64,000 nt of DNA. It comes from Octopus vulgaris (lineage: Eukaryota). A program made the translations under genes and the position numbers. Positions 24,661 to 37,860 of the stretch are shown here, piece after piece. The notes beneath the pieces are model-generated. The model saw only the letters and a program-made list of their open reading frames with translations. It searched no databases and had not been told where the DNA came from. The DNA lies in the NCBI GenBank assembly GCA_951406725.2, contig OX597823.1, positions 46,004,001 through 46,068,000 on the forward strand, in the 5' to 3' direction. Within the stretch, counting starts at the first letter, position 1, and every line of letters begins with the position of its first letter.

Positions 24661-27015
24661 AAGTAGCCTCCAGTAATATGAAATAATCACCTCCGTTATG
24701 TTCTCTTATATGCTAAGTAGATTATCTTTAAGGTAGATATTTCATTATTACTCATTTAAAGATTAATAACATTCATTTTTATTAATTTCAAACGAGTAAA
24801 CCTTGCTGATGATCATTATCGTCCAGCGTTCATGTGCAGAATATTACAATATCACCATGTTGTTCTTTGGTAAACAAAAAGAAAACATCGATAAAAATAA
24901 TATGAATAGCAAAGGAAAATTACATGTGCAGTTATAAATCATAAAGTATGAATTATTGTTGGGTATTGTGTTCATTGATTACAAAAGTTGAATCTATCTA
25001 AGCATTTTGCGATGAGAGTGGATAAAAACTGTCAACAGTTCGCAAGTTTATTAAATCGTATATATCGCCGAGAGACACTAAAACATTGCTACAGGGACGT
25101 ATTTTTGTACTGATGACAACATAGAATGCTACGTTTTTGCAGTTGATTGATGCAGTTTTGTATTAAATTTAATCCATTGTGAATTTGATTTTAATACTTT
25201 TTCATCACACTTTTCATCAAAAATAATAAAATAAAATGTAAGCTTTGCTTCAAAATCAATATTTTATTTTAAAAAATGATGTCTAGTATAATTATAAAAG
25301 CGACAGAGAATTCCAATCTTGGCATATTTAATATGTAATTTTTGTATTTATATTTTCTAAAGATTGATAAATAATAGTAAATTTGACATATCTATAAAAA
25401 TATCCATTCATATATTTTCTGTATTCGCGCTTAACAATGATATGATGTATCACTATAAAAAAAAAAAACATTTTTCTTTTTTTTTTTTAATTTTTTGTGT
25501 CAGTGTTGTTAGAAACTCATGCATACATTCGTGATGCGTCAGTAATTCTCAGAGTAGCACATGTAAATAAAGCAACAGGTATGTAACCAGTATGAATGTA
25601 ACAAAACTAAAGTTATAAGCATGGTTTTTATGGCCAAAATGCAAGCTTTGCTTGTGTTATTCGATGGTTCTTATCGATGTACGTCAAATATATCACGTCA
25701 ATTCCCAGGTAGCAAAACCCAGATAAAATGGCGTTTTATTATAGGGAGATGCTATGCGCTATTTCTGTTTATTGCAATACAATCATGAGTAATTTTCTGA
25801 CGTACAGGAACATATAATTAACAAAATTACTTCAAATATAAACAACGCATAACAAATTTATTATAAACGTGTATTTTATTCGGTTGAGCTGATCATGTAA
25901 TTCAATTCCAATATCATTTTCAAATTATGTATACTTGTGCAATTCAGAGTTTAACTCAGTATTCCGGCATTGCAGTTTTTGACAACACACTTGCAACATA
26001 AGTGGAGAAGGAATTTCAACTGTTGAAGTATAATTCTACCTAATTTATATGGCGCGTAATAAACGAAACAAGAACAGTAGAATATAAATGTGGGACGAAT
26101 ATATAATTGACGCACTCATGGGAATGGGTGAATTATTATAAGTTAGATCTTGTTAAATATTTGATGTTACACGCTAAAAAAAATTAATTTAAGAAATGAA
26201 TTATTTACTGTCAAGCTGATATTGCAGAATATATAGTATCGTGTCTTCACTTCTACGTGGATTACTTTAATCGTATAATAATGAGAAATGTAGAAAAGAA
26301 AGAAGGTATAATTTACTTCGATACAATATTTTAGAAAGTCCAAAGGGACTTAGTGTTACACCAAAACACAATTTCTCGATAGCCAGAATATCAATAATGC
26401 TAATAGAACTAAAAATGATGGAAATAATATGATATATTTATTACACTGAGGATTCATATTGTATTAAACACCATCAAAAAGAAATTGTGCTAGCGAAGGA
26501 TAAAGAAGCAAGGGAATAGGGCAAATGTAGAGTGTGTGTGATTATCACTGCTGCTCGGTTATATTTTGTATTCCATAAGTAATTAGGCATATTTTCATTA
26601 ACAAATATAATTGTACGAATTCAAGATTATATTCGGAAAAATAATGTAAAATACACTACACTCAGAATAAAATTTTTAGTTTCATTATACAGTGAAATAA
26701 GCAAACAGATATGAATTTATGGGCCCCATTAATTAAAATGTGAATGTCAACTTTTTTTTTAAAAAAGAGATAAGCACAATTAAACGGTACGATTTGGGGA
26801 ACAAAAGTTTAAGACCGAAGCATTCTAATGATCCTACTGACATGAATTGAATCCTCCAACTAAGAAAGTGGCTGCCTGGTTTGCTTGCATCTCTGTGACT
26901 ATTTGCACGCATAAATTCTAATTCGCACACGCGCCTGCACACACACCAACATATGTATGTCTGTATGTATATCTACGAATATATGCATGTGTGTATCTAC
27001 CTCTATATTTATCCT

Positions 27016-27078
<63 letters not shown>

Positions 27079-27954
27079 AGGGACAGAGAGCGAGAGAGAG
27101 GAGGAGAAAATGTGATAGAGATTGTGAAAGAGAGAGTGAGAGAGATGGGGAGAGAGAGAGAATGGAAAGTTTTATCTTTCTGAAATAAACGATGTCAAAT
27201 TCCACTATTGATGATATTGTTTCAACGAAAATTAGCTTCAATTTATATTATTGAGTGAAATCATACAATAATCATAATATCTAAGATACCGAGTTTATAA
27301 ATCTATATTGAAATCCAAAACCAAAACAGCAACAACAAACGTAGAATAAAAAAAATTACCGAAAGTATTTGCTCTAATATGAATATTGTATGTTGTTTCG
27401 CTCACTCTATGCCAGACATCGTCAATTAAAACTTTAATAGTCTTTGATTTCAATTGATTGAAGAATGTGGAAGGCAAAGTTCATAGCAAGTGCTCCTTTC
27501 TGTAATGTATGACATCATGCAATATAATTGGCTTAACTTATAATTGTGTGTTGTTTTTTAATCGATGAATCATTAAAATTTCCAGTTTCAGCAAAGTAGT
27601 GTTTAAGTACTGATATAGTTTACATCAATTTTCAACTTTTCAAAATTTGTTCACATTTCAGAAATGTCTCAGTGTGGGCGGGTGGGTTATAATTTTCTAT
27701 AAAACTAAATTAGTCGTAGTAGTTTTCCTTCAATTTGATATAGTCTCAGTTATCGAAGAAGAAATGTTCTATTAATTATCATTTATTTTTATGAGGAATA
27801 AAATACAGTCGTGTATTTAATTTCAAATCCCGCACTTTATCCGTTTTTGATCGAGAAATATTAAAATAGTCAAGTAGTTGGGTAGATTCGATCTCCTGTT
27901 TCAATACTTCAAATATATATTCACAAAACTATGGCATTAGTATTACCTGTATGA

Positions 27955-28370
27955 CCGAGAGCTGGCAGAATTCTTAGAACGCCACAGAAAATGCTTAGTG
28001 GCATTTTTTTCCGGCTTAACTTACTGAGTTCAAATTCCAACAAGGTGAACTTTGCCTTTCATCTTTTGGAGGTTGAACACTGAGGTCAATGTAATCGAAG
28101 TATGCCCTCCCCTGAAATTGCTGGCCTTGTGTGCCAAATTTTGAAAATAATTTAATAATGATTATGGTGGAGAGCTGGAAGAAATGTTAGTTTAGTGGCA
28201 TTTCTTCCGGCTTTACGTTCTCAGTTCAAATTCTACCGAGGTCGACTTTGCTTTTTATTCTTTCGGGGCCACTGAGATAAGTACCAGTTCAGCACTGGGG
28301 TCGACGTAATCGACTAATCTCTTCCAACAAAAAATTTCAGGTTTAATGACTCTAGTACTCAGAATTATTA
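27955..28370 (+). mobile_element. Two adjacent family B tRNA-derived SINEs (MetaSINE/Sauria-like central domain)
   Basis: Head GAGCTGGCAGAA...GAGTTCAAATTC, then GAGGTCGACTTTGCCTTTCATC...AAGTACCAG...GGGGTCGA. Copies at about 27955-28145 and 28166-28370. Confidence 0.8.
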
Positions 28371-28759
28371 TTATCATCTGTATCATGTGTATTATAGGAA
28401 TGTAGGAGAATATTCATATATTGTTGCTAGTTTCTTTTACGGTAAGGTATGTTTTATCGAATCTGGCATTATTTTAGTGTTTGTTGTATATAAAATGAGT
28501 GAGTTGTTTGTTTTACTGTTCTGTGGTCAAACTGCGTGTATTGTGCAAATTGTATTATATAGTATCGGTTGAGTACAATGTCCGTTGTTTTTATTTTATT
28601 GCACGGTTGTTCTGTAGAAAATGTGCTGTGTATATTTGGGCATCGATTGTGTAGAATATGCCGTGTGGATTGTGTAAGGATGTTGTCTAAGTAGAATATG
28701 CTGTCATGTTTCATTCTTCTATTGAGTAATCAATGTATAGAATATGATTTGTAGATATC

Positions 28760-28855
28760 GTCGGTATCTACAAATCAAATTTGAGCGCAATCGGATGGAG
28801 GATGCCCGAGATCCTAGATGACACACACACAGGCAGAACGGATTTTATATAATAG

Positions 28856-28858
<3 letters not shown>
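28760..28858 (-). mobile_element. Helitron 5' terminus fragment
   Basis: Minus strand begins A|TCTATTATATAAAATCCGTTCTGCCTGTGTGTG, with the same layout as the other Helitron 5' ends here. Confidence 0.5.
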
Positions 28859-28886
<28 letters not shown>

Positions 28887-29020
28887 TGTATGTATGTATG
28901 TATGTATGTATGTGTGTGTGTGCGTGTGTGTGCGTGTGTGTGTGTGTATACATGCACAGGTATTCATATGCAATCGCATGCACAGCACTGTTTTTGAGGT
29001 AATTTACATGTTTTGTAATT

Positions 29021-29215
29021 TGGCGAGCTAGGAAAATTGTTTGCGCTGTGGTCAAAATGCTTAGTAGCATTTCGTTCGTCTTCAAGCTCTGAGTTCAAGT
29101 GCCACTGAGATCCACTTTGACATTTATCATTTCGAGTTCAATAAGATGAGTAACAGTTGAGTACATAGATCGATGTAATCGACTAAAACCCTCCACTCAA
29201 AAACAGTTGGCCTGT
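29021..29215 (+). mobile_element. Family B SINE, diverged
   Basis: GGCGAGCTAG...AAATGCTTAG...GAGTTCAAG...GATGTAATCGACT. Confidence 0.65.
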
Positions 29216-29220
29216 TATTA

Positions 29221-29633
29221 CTCTCTCTTTTACTCTTTTACCTGTTTCAGTCATTTGACTGCGGCCATGCTGGAGCACCGCCTTTAATCGAGCAACTCGA
29301 CCCCGGGACTTATTCTTTTGTAAGCCCAGTACTTATTCTATCGGTCTTTTTTGCCGAACCGCTGAGTAACGGGGACATAAACACACCAGCATCGGTTGTC
29401 AAGCAATGCTAGGGGGACAAACACAGACACACAAACACACACACGCCCATATATATATATACATATATACGACAGGCTTCTTTCAGTTTCCGTCTACCAA
29501 ATCCACTCACAAAGCTGTGGTCGGCCCGAGGCTATAGTAGAAGACACTTGCCCAAGAGTCCACGCAGTGGGACTGAACCCGGAACCATGTGGTTGGTAAA
29601 CAAGCTACTTACCACACAGCCACTCCTGCGCCT
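29221..29633 (-). mobile_element. Family A SINE, full length and well conserved
   Basis: Minus head GGCGCAGGAGTGGCTGTGTGGTAAG...GGGTTCAGTCCC and tail (GTAAAAGA)n. Confidence 0.92.
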
Positions 29634-29721
29634 ATTATTATTATTAAAATTTTATTGTTATTGTTGTTGTTGTTGTTGTTGTTGTTGCTGTTGTTGTTGT
29701 TATTGTTGTTATTGTTATTAC

Positions 29722-29761
<40 letters not shown>

Positions 29762-29962
29762 GTTATTATTATTATTATTATCATTTTTAAGGTGGCTAGC
29801 TGGTGGAATCGTTAGCACGCCAGGAGAAATGCTTCGGGGTATTTCGTACATCTTAACGTTTTGTGTTCAAATTCCGCCGAGGTCGACTTTGCCTTTCATA
29901 CTTTCGGGGTTGATAAATTAAGTACCAGTGAAACACTGGGGTCGATGTGATCGAGAAAGGAA

Positions 29963-30002
<40 letters not shown>

Positions 30003-30027
30003 GTCATTATTATCATTATTATTACCA

Positions 30028-30063
<36 letters not shown>
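29634..30063. repeat. (TTG)n/(TTA)n microsatellites flanking a family B SINE (29789-29965, +)
   Basis: Read directly from sequence. These tracts explain the poly-L, poly-N and poly-Y ORFs. Confidence 0.85.
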
Positions 30064-30064
<1 letters not shown>

Positions 30065-31475
30065 CACGTAAGAAATTGGTAGAATCGGTACAACGTCGAA
30101 CAAAATGCATTGCGGTATTTGTTATGAATCTGTATATTTTAATTTCAAATCCTGCTATGTTCAGTATTCTCTTTTCTTTGCTCCGATCACGATAAAAGGA
30201 TACCAGTCAAATAATTTGGTAGATATAATCGGCTATTTTTCTTTCTCGAATCTCAGATCTTGTGCCTATGTCAGATATAATAGTAATGGTGGTAGATTAG
30301 CAGGACGCATTGAGATTAGGATGATATACCTTGTGCTTCTTAATTAGATTACTTCTGTTTATGAGTTGATATCTGTACTTAGCTTTCTTATCTTCCGAGA
30401 TCAAGAGAATAAGCATAAATCATACATTCGTGTCTACAAAAAAATATTATAGCAGCATTGGAAGAGTTTGGTACCAAAATTAGATCTAATTTTCAACGTG
30501 ATTATATATGTTCGGATGCAGGAATGGTTCTACCGGTTTAATTTTTACTTGTGGTCATTACTATATGTATCATGAAGAGTGAATTAGGAAGGGGCTTGAA
30601 GAACAACTGTCCAGATAGACATTTCAAAAATTTGAAGCGACTCATAACGCTCATCTCATATCGAAATCTGTCACAGGTTTACTGTCATGCTGGAAGTCAC
30701 GATATAATACGACCTCGTGTTTCTATGATCAATGGGAGAATTATGACAGATATAGATTTTATATTATGTGTGATTCGCCTAAAACAATACTCACAGAATA
30801 GACGTCGTAGCAAATTCAACACGCAATCTATATAGACAACCAGACGAATATTCAAATGTAGACGTGCGTGTATGTACACACGCACACGCACGCACACACA
30901 CACACACACACACGCACACACGTACACATACATACATGCATACAAACATACATTCCTACATACATACACACATACAAACATACACACATACATACATACA
31001 TACATACATAAATACATACATAAATTCAGAATGAAAAAGTAAAGGACAAAAATTAAAGGAAAGGATATAAGTTTTGCAGGATATTATAAGGGATATAAGT
31101 TTATGAAGTAGGAATTTGAGTAGACCTTTTGGGTTGTCTGGAGGAATATATAGTAGGTAAAAGATTAAAGAGAAAACTAGGATACTCTTAGGAAGCATGT
31201 TCATAATATCACTAAAATTCGAAGGACAACTTCTTTCCCCCATAGCACCATCTCATATGCATGTGATATCATAACTGATAGTTTATCCTGAGACTGAGGA
31301 AGATAAATTTTGTACAGAATTTGGAAGAGAGATTTGCTAGTTAATTTCTATAGGGTGCATGTCTGTTGAGTTGGAGTTTTAAAAGCCCAAGAACGTTAGA
31401 TTTCCAGAATTTCATATGTAAATAGTTTGAGGAACGATAGAAAAATATTAGATTTATAAGCCCTAAAATTCACTC

Positions 31476-31697
31476 CATATGGCGTAGTGGTTAAGAGCGC
31501 GGGCTACTGATTCCGAGTTCGATTCCAAGCAGTGACCTGAACAACAGCAATAATAATAATAATAATAATGATAATAATAATGATACCCAGATTCGAAATT
31601 TCCCCAAGGCTGGAGTGTATATTGGCCGAAACGTTGTGTTAACAACAAACAAGATGAGGACAAATATCCGTCGAATGTAAATAATGTAAACAATGTA
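31476..31697 (+). mobile_element. tRNA-headed element with a partially deleted hammerhead
   Basis: A box TGGCGTAGTGG, B box GAGTTCGATTCC, (AAT)n, GGC...GCCGAAACGTTGTGTT and an (AATGTAAAT)n tail. Homologous to 45144-45446. Confidence 0.8.
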
Positions 31698-31902
31698 GAT
31701 GAATTTGTTTTCCAAAGCATATTTCAAAATTTTCATTTCAATATTCAGAATACTCTGCACAAAAGAATAATTACAAATGGGTAAACTTAAAATGTAAGCG
31801 TCGTTCAGGTTTGTTCATAAATAATTTACTGCGCTTAATTTTGGTGATTGAATGAAAATGACATGTTTTGGGGTTCCTTCACGCTGAAGAAATTTAATTG
31901 GC

Positions 31903-32002
31903 CTTCTTCTTCTTCTTCTTCTTCTTCTTCTTCTTCTTCTTCTTCTTCTTCTTCTTCTTCTTCTTCTTCTTCTTCTTCTTCTTCTTCTTCTTCTTCTTCT
32001 TT

Positions 32003-32037
<35 letters not shown>
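31903..32037. repeat. Compound (TTC)n-(TAG)n microsatellite
   Basis: Read directly from sequence. Confidence 0.95.
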
Positions 32038-33199
32038 TGCGGTAAGAGGTAACCAAATCTTGTTGCTAGGTATGGGTGGCTAAAGCATCACTTGGCAACA
32101 AAGCCACAATTAGGTTCTTGACAGAATGTGACTAACTGCTAATTCGTTCCAAGCAAATGTGTGCGGCGTTCCAACAGCCTTTCGCTCAAATGTTCGGAGT
32201 GGCCGAGCGATAGATCGTAGAGGTTTTGAGTAACAAAACTGACGATCTGCCGGGCTTCTGCGCAGAAAAAACGTGCCGCATTGCGAAATACAGGTAACAG
32301 CAAATTAGATACAGGAGGTAGTGAGCGGTTAAGCAATAGACAAATCATCCGGTTTGTATGACCTGTCATGTATATTTCATGGCTTATGATTTAATTTTCT
32401 TTGGTAATCGCCTTTGGTAATCGCCTACCGCAACTAGCAACAGAGAATTACCGGTTCGACTTACAGGATGAATATGGACATTTTATCTTTATTATATTGT
32501 CACTTAAACATGTACTAATATACCCATACGAACTAAAAATTACATATGCCATACATACGAATTTATACTCAAGGTAGAAAAGTTGCAAGTTTCGAAGCAG
32601 ATATCCATTACTATTCTCCCTTTCGTGGCTTTTTAGGAAAATGTACAGATCACTGTTCAAACACCTATATCAGGCCTATTTTATTTGTGTCTGACAGAAG
32701 TTTTAATGAGATAATTTTGCCGATACTTTTCATCTTGATACTTATAAATATTTAATACGAGTAACATGCTCTCTAGATATTCCAGGACTGTCTTTCCTGT
32801 TGATAGAATTGTATATTGTCTTCACAACAACATGGTACTACCTTGGGAGTAATTATCGTAATGGCATTTTTGGAGAGTTTCAGAAACACGACATAATCGT
32901 CAATTTCGGTAGCACCAATTGAGTTTAAGGGCTTTACTATCGCTTTTGTTCATTACGCATTTAGGTACAGTCCCCTGTTTTTAGATTGCTTTGCCTTTAG
33001 AAATCGGACGTGATGTGAGTATATATGTACGCATTTATGTGTGTAATTTTTCTTTAGTTTTTACCCTGGTTCTTCTTAAGCGAGTTCAGGCCAGTCGCTA
33101 ACAAAACGACAATTTTTTTTTTAGTTAAGAAAGTTTCCGGTGTTTGTAGAAACGTGGTTTAGTGTGTTCGTTGAGCTGTCGATGCATACATCCAAGTGT

Positions 33200-34150
33200 G
33201 TACCTCAATTCACCTGAAGACTCACAGATGGAGAATCTTTGGAATATCATACAAAGCTTCACTGTGCTACTAATAGATTGAATTTGGAGAATCTGCGTCA
33301 GTTTCTTTTGATCTTTCTTCGAAAAACCTACCATTTCTCGGTTTCTGTGGAAATTTGTTGGTGCATAGCTTAATGTACATATGCTGATAGGAAGAAATGA
33401 TAATTTATAGTTAGTGTGCAAGTAAGTTCGGCATTAATTCACTATAAATGTTCTCTTTTTCCTGAAATTTTGATTGAATATTTACATCTGCTGAGTAGCT
33501 GACCTCTACAACATTACATAACTTTCGTTCCTTGTCTCGCAGAATAATATCAGGTCTGTTATGTTTGCATCGAATTGCTATTTTTATTGTTCCATCAGTG
33601 TTCCTTTTTCAAAAAAGTTGTGAATACATGCGGTTTCTGGCATTGCCCGGAATACATCGGAGCAATTCTTCCTGCAGACAGCCTTGTAGACATTTTGGAG
33701 CAGCTACTACTGATGTGGTTAATATCTTCTTGACTAGTACCATAGAGCCGACACTTTCTATCACAATATGGAGGTTTGGTAGTATCTTTTTATCCCTCTT
33801 GTTTGTCAAGTGTTTGATAGCCATGTTCTGTTCATAAATAGCAAAAGCATATCCTTTTAGGTGGGATGCAATGTATCTATCACAGGTTCAGAAGAGGCTT
33901 CTTTTCCTGTCAATGCTGTTCTTATCCTCTAGCTTACCGGATATGTACCCATGCGTTTCTTTTTGTTGGTATAACGTCTGCTTCCCTTCCAAGCTTGTTT
34001 AGCTGGGCCAGTCCAACCTCAATTGAATCGCACGAGTTTTATTCTTAGAGCACTTGCACAGTAATTCTTCTCAAACTCTAAAAATGTTGTTGCTCTCACT
34101 TTTGAGCATGCATGGAATGTACTCATTTCTTTCCTTACTGTTCAGCAGGT
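33200..34150 (-). mobile_element. Degraded RLE-class LINE (R4/Dong-like), 3' portion
   Basis: Minus translations HLKGYAFAIYEQNMAIKHL and CKHNRPDIILRDKERKLCNVVEVSYSADVNI (PD..E nuclease motif). Confidence 0.7.
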
Positions 34151-34307
34151 GAAACAATGCGACATTCAAAAGCTGTTTGAACGGATTTTATGAGCCTACC
34201 ACCATCATTTCGACTCACATAAATCTATTCGGTGCCGCTTTTAATGAAGATGTTGCCAGTGGTGGTCAATATGTATGTATGTACGTACATACGCACTACG
34301 AACGTAT

Positions 34308-34347
<40 letters not shown>

Positions 34348-37341
34348 GTTTCTGTGTGTATATATATATGAATGCATGCATGTATGTATGTATGTATGTA
34401 TGTATGTGTGCATGTATGTGTGTATGTGTGAATGTATGTGTGTATGTGTGCTTGTGTGTGTGTCTGTATGTATGAGTGCATGTGTGTGTGTGTGTGTGTG
34501 GATGCATGTGTGTATATCTACCTAATTTTGTTGCAATGGAAATATCAAACAAAGATAGAGAGCGCGAATAAGACTTCGATAGAAAAATGAATAGAGCTAA
34601 CCACATACTTTCAGTAAAATTAGAAATGTAATTAAGCAATCTATGAAAATACGTCGTCTGTGGAATGACTTTGCAGTTTAGAGGTTAGACTGTAAAGTAC
34701 GAATGTTTTGATTTTCTTATAAACTTACTTCAGCGAACTTACTAATTCAAAATATAGAATTTCTCCTTATGTCTACAAATTGTGGACTATCTTGAGCAAT
34801 ATGTTGATTTCGTTTATGTCTCAATCGACTCAATGAGGCAGACTTATGTCGGAAGGTTACCCAATCTGGTTTAAAGGCATTTGATCGTCTCTTTATTGTC
34901 TAGACATAGTGTGACGCAGAGTGCGTTATACAATGAGTGCTGCCTTTTATGCTATTATGGTTTAGCATGAGGCAGAATTGGCCGTTATATGTCATAGATA
35001 AAGAAAGACCATCCATACAAGTTTCCTCGTTGGATCATCGGTCCACAGTTAATATTAATGTGCATAAGGATGCCCGTACGTATCTATTCGGCGACTTATT
35101 TCGATAGATCGAGTAAATTGGATGTTTAGTAGTATCTATCCAAAAATGAGCATCCTTATTGATTTCACGTACTTATGTAATGAAAAATCTTTGTGTTTCT
35201 GTCGTGTCCAAGAACATAGAGAAGTAAGTCAATTTTCTGTTATAGGAAATTACATCAGGAACGGAAACTAGGTTTCTCAAGAGGATACCATTGACTTTAC
35301 AGCAAATCCTCATATCATGTAGAGTGTATGAACAATTATGTAACAAAATTCCAAGTAATTATTTGATGCAAGTGTCCGAATGGTTACTTACCAGTCTTAG
35401 TAGAGTTTTCTATCGTCTGAGGATTTAATGCTTCCACGTAGACACCTGCATGGAATTGTCAAAGGATTTAATTATATAATAAATATCAAACGAAAACAGT
35501 TTCCAGCGACAACTGTAGATGTGTGAGTTTATAAAATGATGAATACTTTAGCGTGTGCGTGTATGTGTGTGTGTAGTGTATGTTGCCGCGTGTGAATTTG
35601 GGCGCGTGAGTGTTCGCACGTGTGTATGTGTGTGTAATTTTCATAGTGATTACTGATTAATCAGTAGGAAATGCACTGTGTGTGCAATATAGCTTGTGGA
35701 AATAATACTAAAGTTTGCACCGAAATATACCAAGGATTAAAACTATGTTATGTGAATACCGTTTGAGTCGTGACTATATTTCATCAATATAAGATATCAT
35801 AGAAACAGATATTAATTGGAAAAGACTTCGCATTAAAAATGCAGAACAAATACTTATGAAATTGGGAAGGTCATTTTACATCAAATCGAAACAATACTGA
35901 CGTATGGAGGATGCAGTTCTTTGAAACAAATGTGTTGTGTTGTCTAAAAATGCTTGAACAGCCCCATGAGAGAGAGAGTGTGTGTGTGTGTATGTGTGTG
36001 TGTGTGTGTGTGAGTGTAAGTGTGCGCGTATGTGTTTGTGAGCAGGACCTACACACACGCCATACACGTGTATGCACACATTGGTATATTATTCCACTGT
36101 GATCCTAAAAGATAAGAGAGATTAAATATGTACAGGATTCGATCGCAACTCTAAAACCAAATACCAAAAATTAGCTCATTATGTTAGAACGCTCCCAATT
36201 TTGTATAAATAAATCAGACTAATTAGACACCTGATTAAAAAAACAAAACAGATACACTAATTTCGTACTTTTCAAACAGACAAATACCAGCCTTGCAAAA
36301 TATTTGTGAAGCCTTTTTGTACTCTTCATATGAATGATAAAGGATAAGTAATGTTTGCATTTATATAATTCCACTTTCTTCGTCGAGGCATTGGTCAAGT
36401 TTGCACAGTATAAACCTATTTAATTTTATTAAAACAGCAATTTGAGCGCTCCCATTCCAATCTTCACAGCCCCTTTATGAAAACATTGTACTAATGAATG
36501 GGCTGAACCAGAGAAAAAAATATATATTATCTCACATACCACCTTTCATATTTCCCAGCTCCTAACTTTACTTTCCCTATGAACTAGAACTACTGCAAGA
36601 CATTCAAAGTAATGAGGGAGGCCACCACGGTGTTCAACTTGCTAGAAAACACCATTCTGAAATCCATCAAATTACACCAGGACCTTTGGGAAAGTGGCAC
36701 ATTTTCACAAGTATTCGCTAACATAAATCACAATGATTTGCTTACAGGTACGAGGGAGTAATCAACAGTTCTTGATTTTGAGTAAAAGAAAATACAGGGC
36801 GAGCAGTTAATTATGATTCTATTCAATATATTCCATTCTCAGATTCACACACTCCAGCGCTCCTTCGGTGTTTCTAGGCCCTGTAAAAGGACTCGTCAGT
36901 TTCGGCCTCCATCCAGGTTATTTGCGATACTCTTAAACCAGGAACTTTTCAGCACCCACACGTAAAAAGTCTTTAATCATAGATGTGCTCAACATCGACT
37001 GATTTGTGTTTAAGTAGCACCAATCATTACTACTGCTATAACAGAAATTCTTGACGTTCAACGACCACCACAACAAGCAACTCTTCTGAGGATGAAAAGT
37101 ATCTGAGATAATTATAGTCTTAAGTTGAGAGAGCTCGATGGTATATATTGGGAAGAGAGGAGGAGATTAATATATAAAATTAAATAAAGAGCAAGAATGA
37201 ATCAACCGACTACTAAAAGGGAAAAGCCAAACAAAAGCGAAATCTTAACACAAACCATTATTAAATTATCCTCAAATAATGTAGTTTTCTTAACGTATCA
37301 CAGTCTGTCCTACTTGAACTACGTAGGATACTCACCTGATT

Positions 37342-37380
<39 letters not shown>

Positions 37381-37382
<2 letters not shown>

Positions 37383-37860
37383 CAATGATAAATATCAGAG
37401 TGAGTTATCAACAGTAGCAGAAACACATCGTGATGTAAATATGCCATTTGAATATGGCTAACCCCTAAGGGTGGATGCTACTGTAGTTTTTAGCCCCAGG
37501 AAGACATTTCCTCCAGCTGGCTATAGACACACTTTCTTAGGGGTTAGCCATATTCAAATGGCATATTTACATCACGATGTGTTTCTGCTACTGTTGATAA
37601 CTCACTCTGATATTTATCATTGTTTGATTTCACTTTTTCAATATCAGTGTCACTGAACACTGGAAAAAGTATATGTATTTATAAAGAGAACCTCCTTCCT
37701 ATCGACAACTGTGATTGTCACACGCTGATGATAGGTCAATATCTTGAAACTCGGGTCCGTGTGTATCATAAGTTGAAGACGGGAAGGATGGCTTCCCTTT
37801 GCAAATACTGATAGGGCACAGAAAGTGTGTCTATAGCCAGCTGGAGGAGATGTTCTAACA
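37381..37860. mobile_element. Penelope-type pseudo-LTR insertion with double inversion
   Basis: 89-bp perfect inverted arms (37381-37469 / 37536-37624) and a second inverted pair (37504-37537 / 37820-37853). Contains an HHR and follows a (TA)n tract. Confidence 0.75.
37719..37763 (+). ncRNA. Minimal type I hammerhead ribozyme
   Basis: Stem I CACACG/CGTGTG; CTGATGA 37725-37731; weak stem II (T.T, then AGGT/ATCT); GAAA 37746-37749; near-palindromic ACTCGGGT; GUC ending at 37757. Confidence 0.8.

Noticed and set aside
32125-32292. Candidate coding exon between TTGACAG and CAG|GTAACA
   Set aside because: All three plus-strand frames hit a stop within the first 20 nt.
36855-36910. Minus-strand CTGACGA-GTCC..GGGC-cta-GAAAC hammerhead-like motif
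   Set aside because: There are extra bases before GAAA, no NUH triplet and no convincing stem I.
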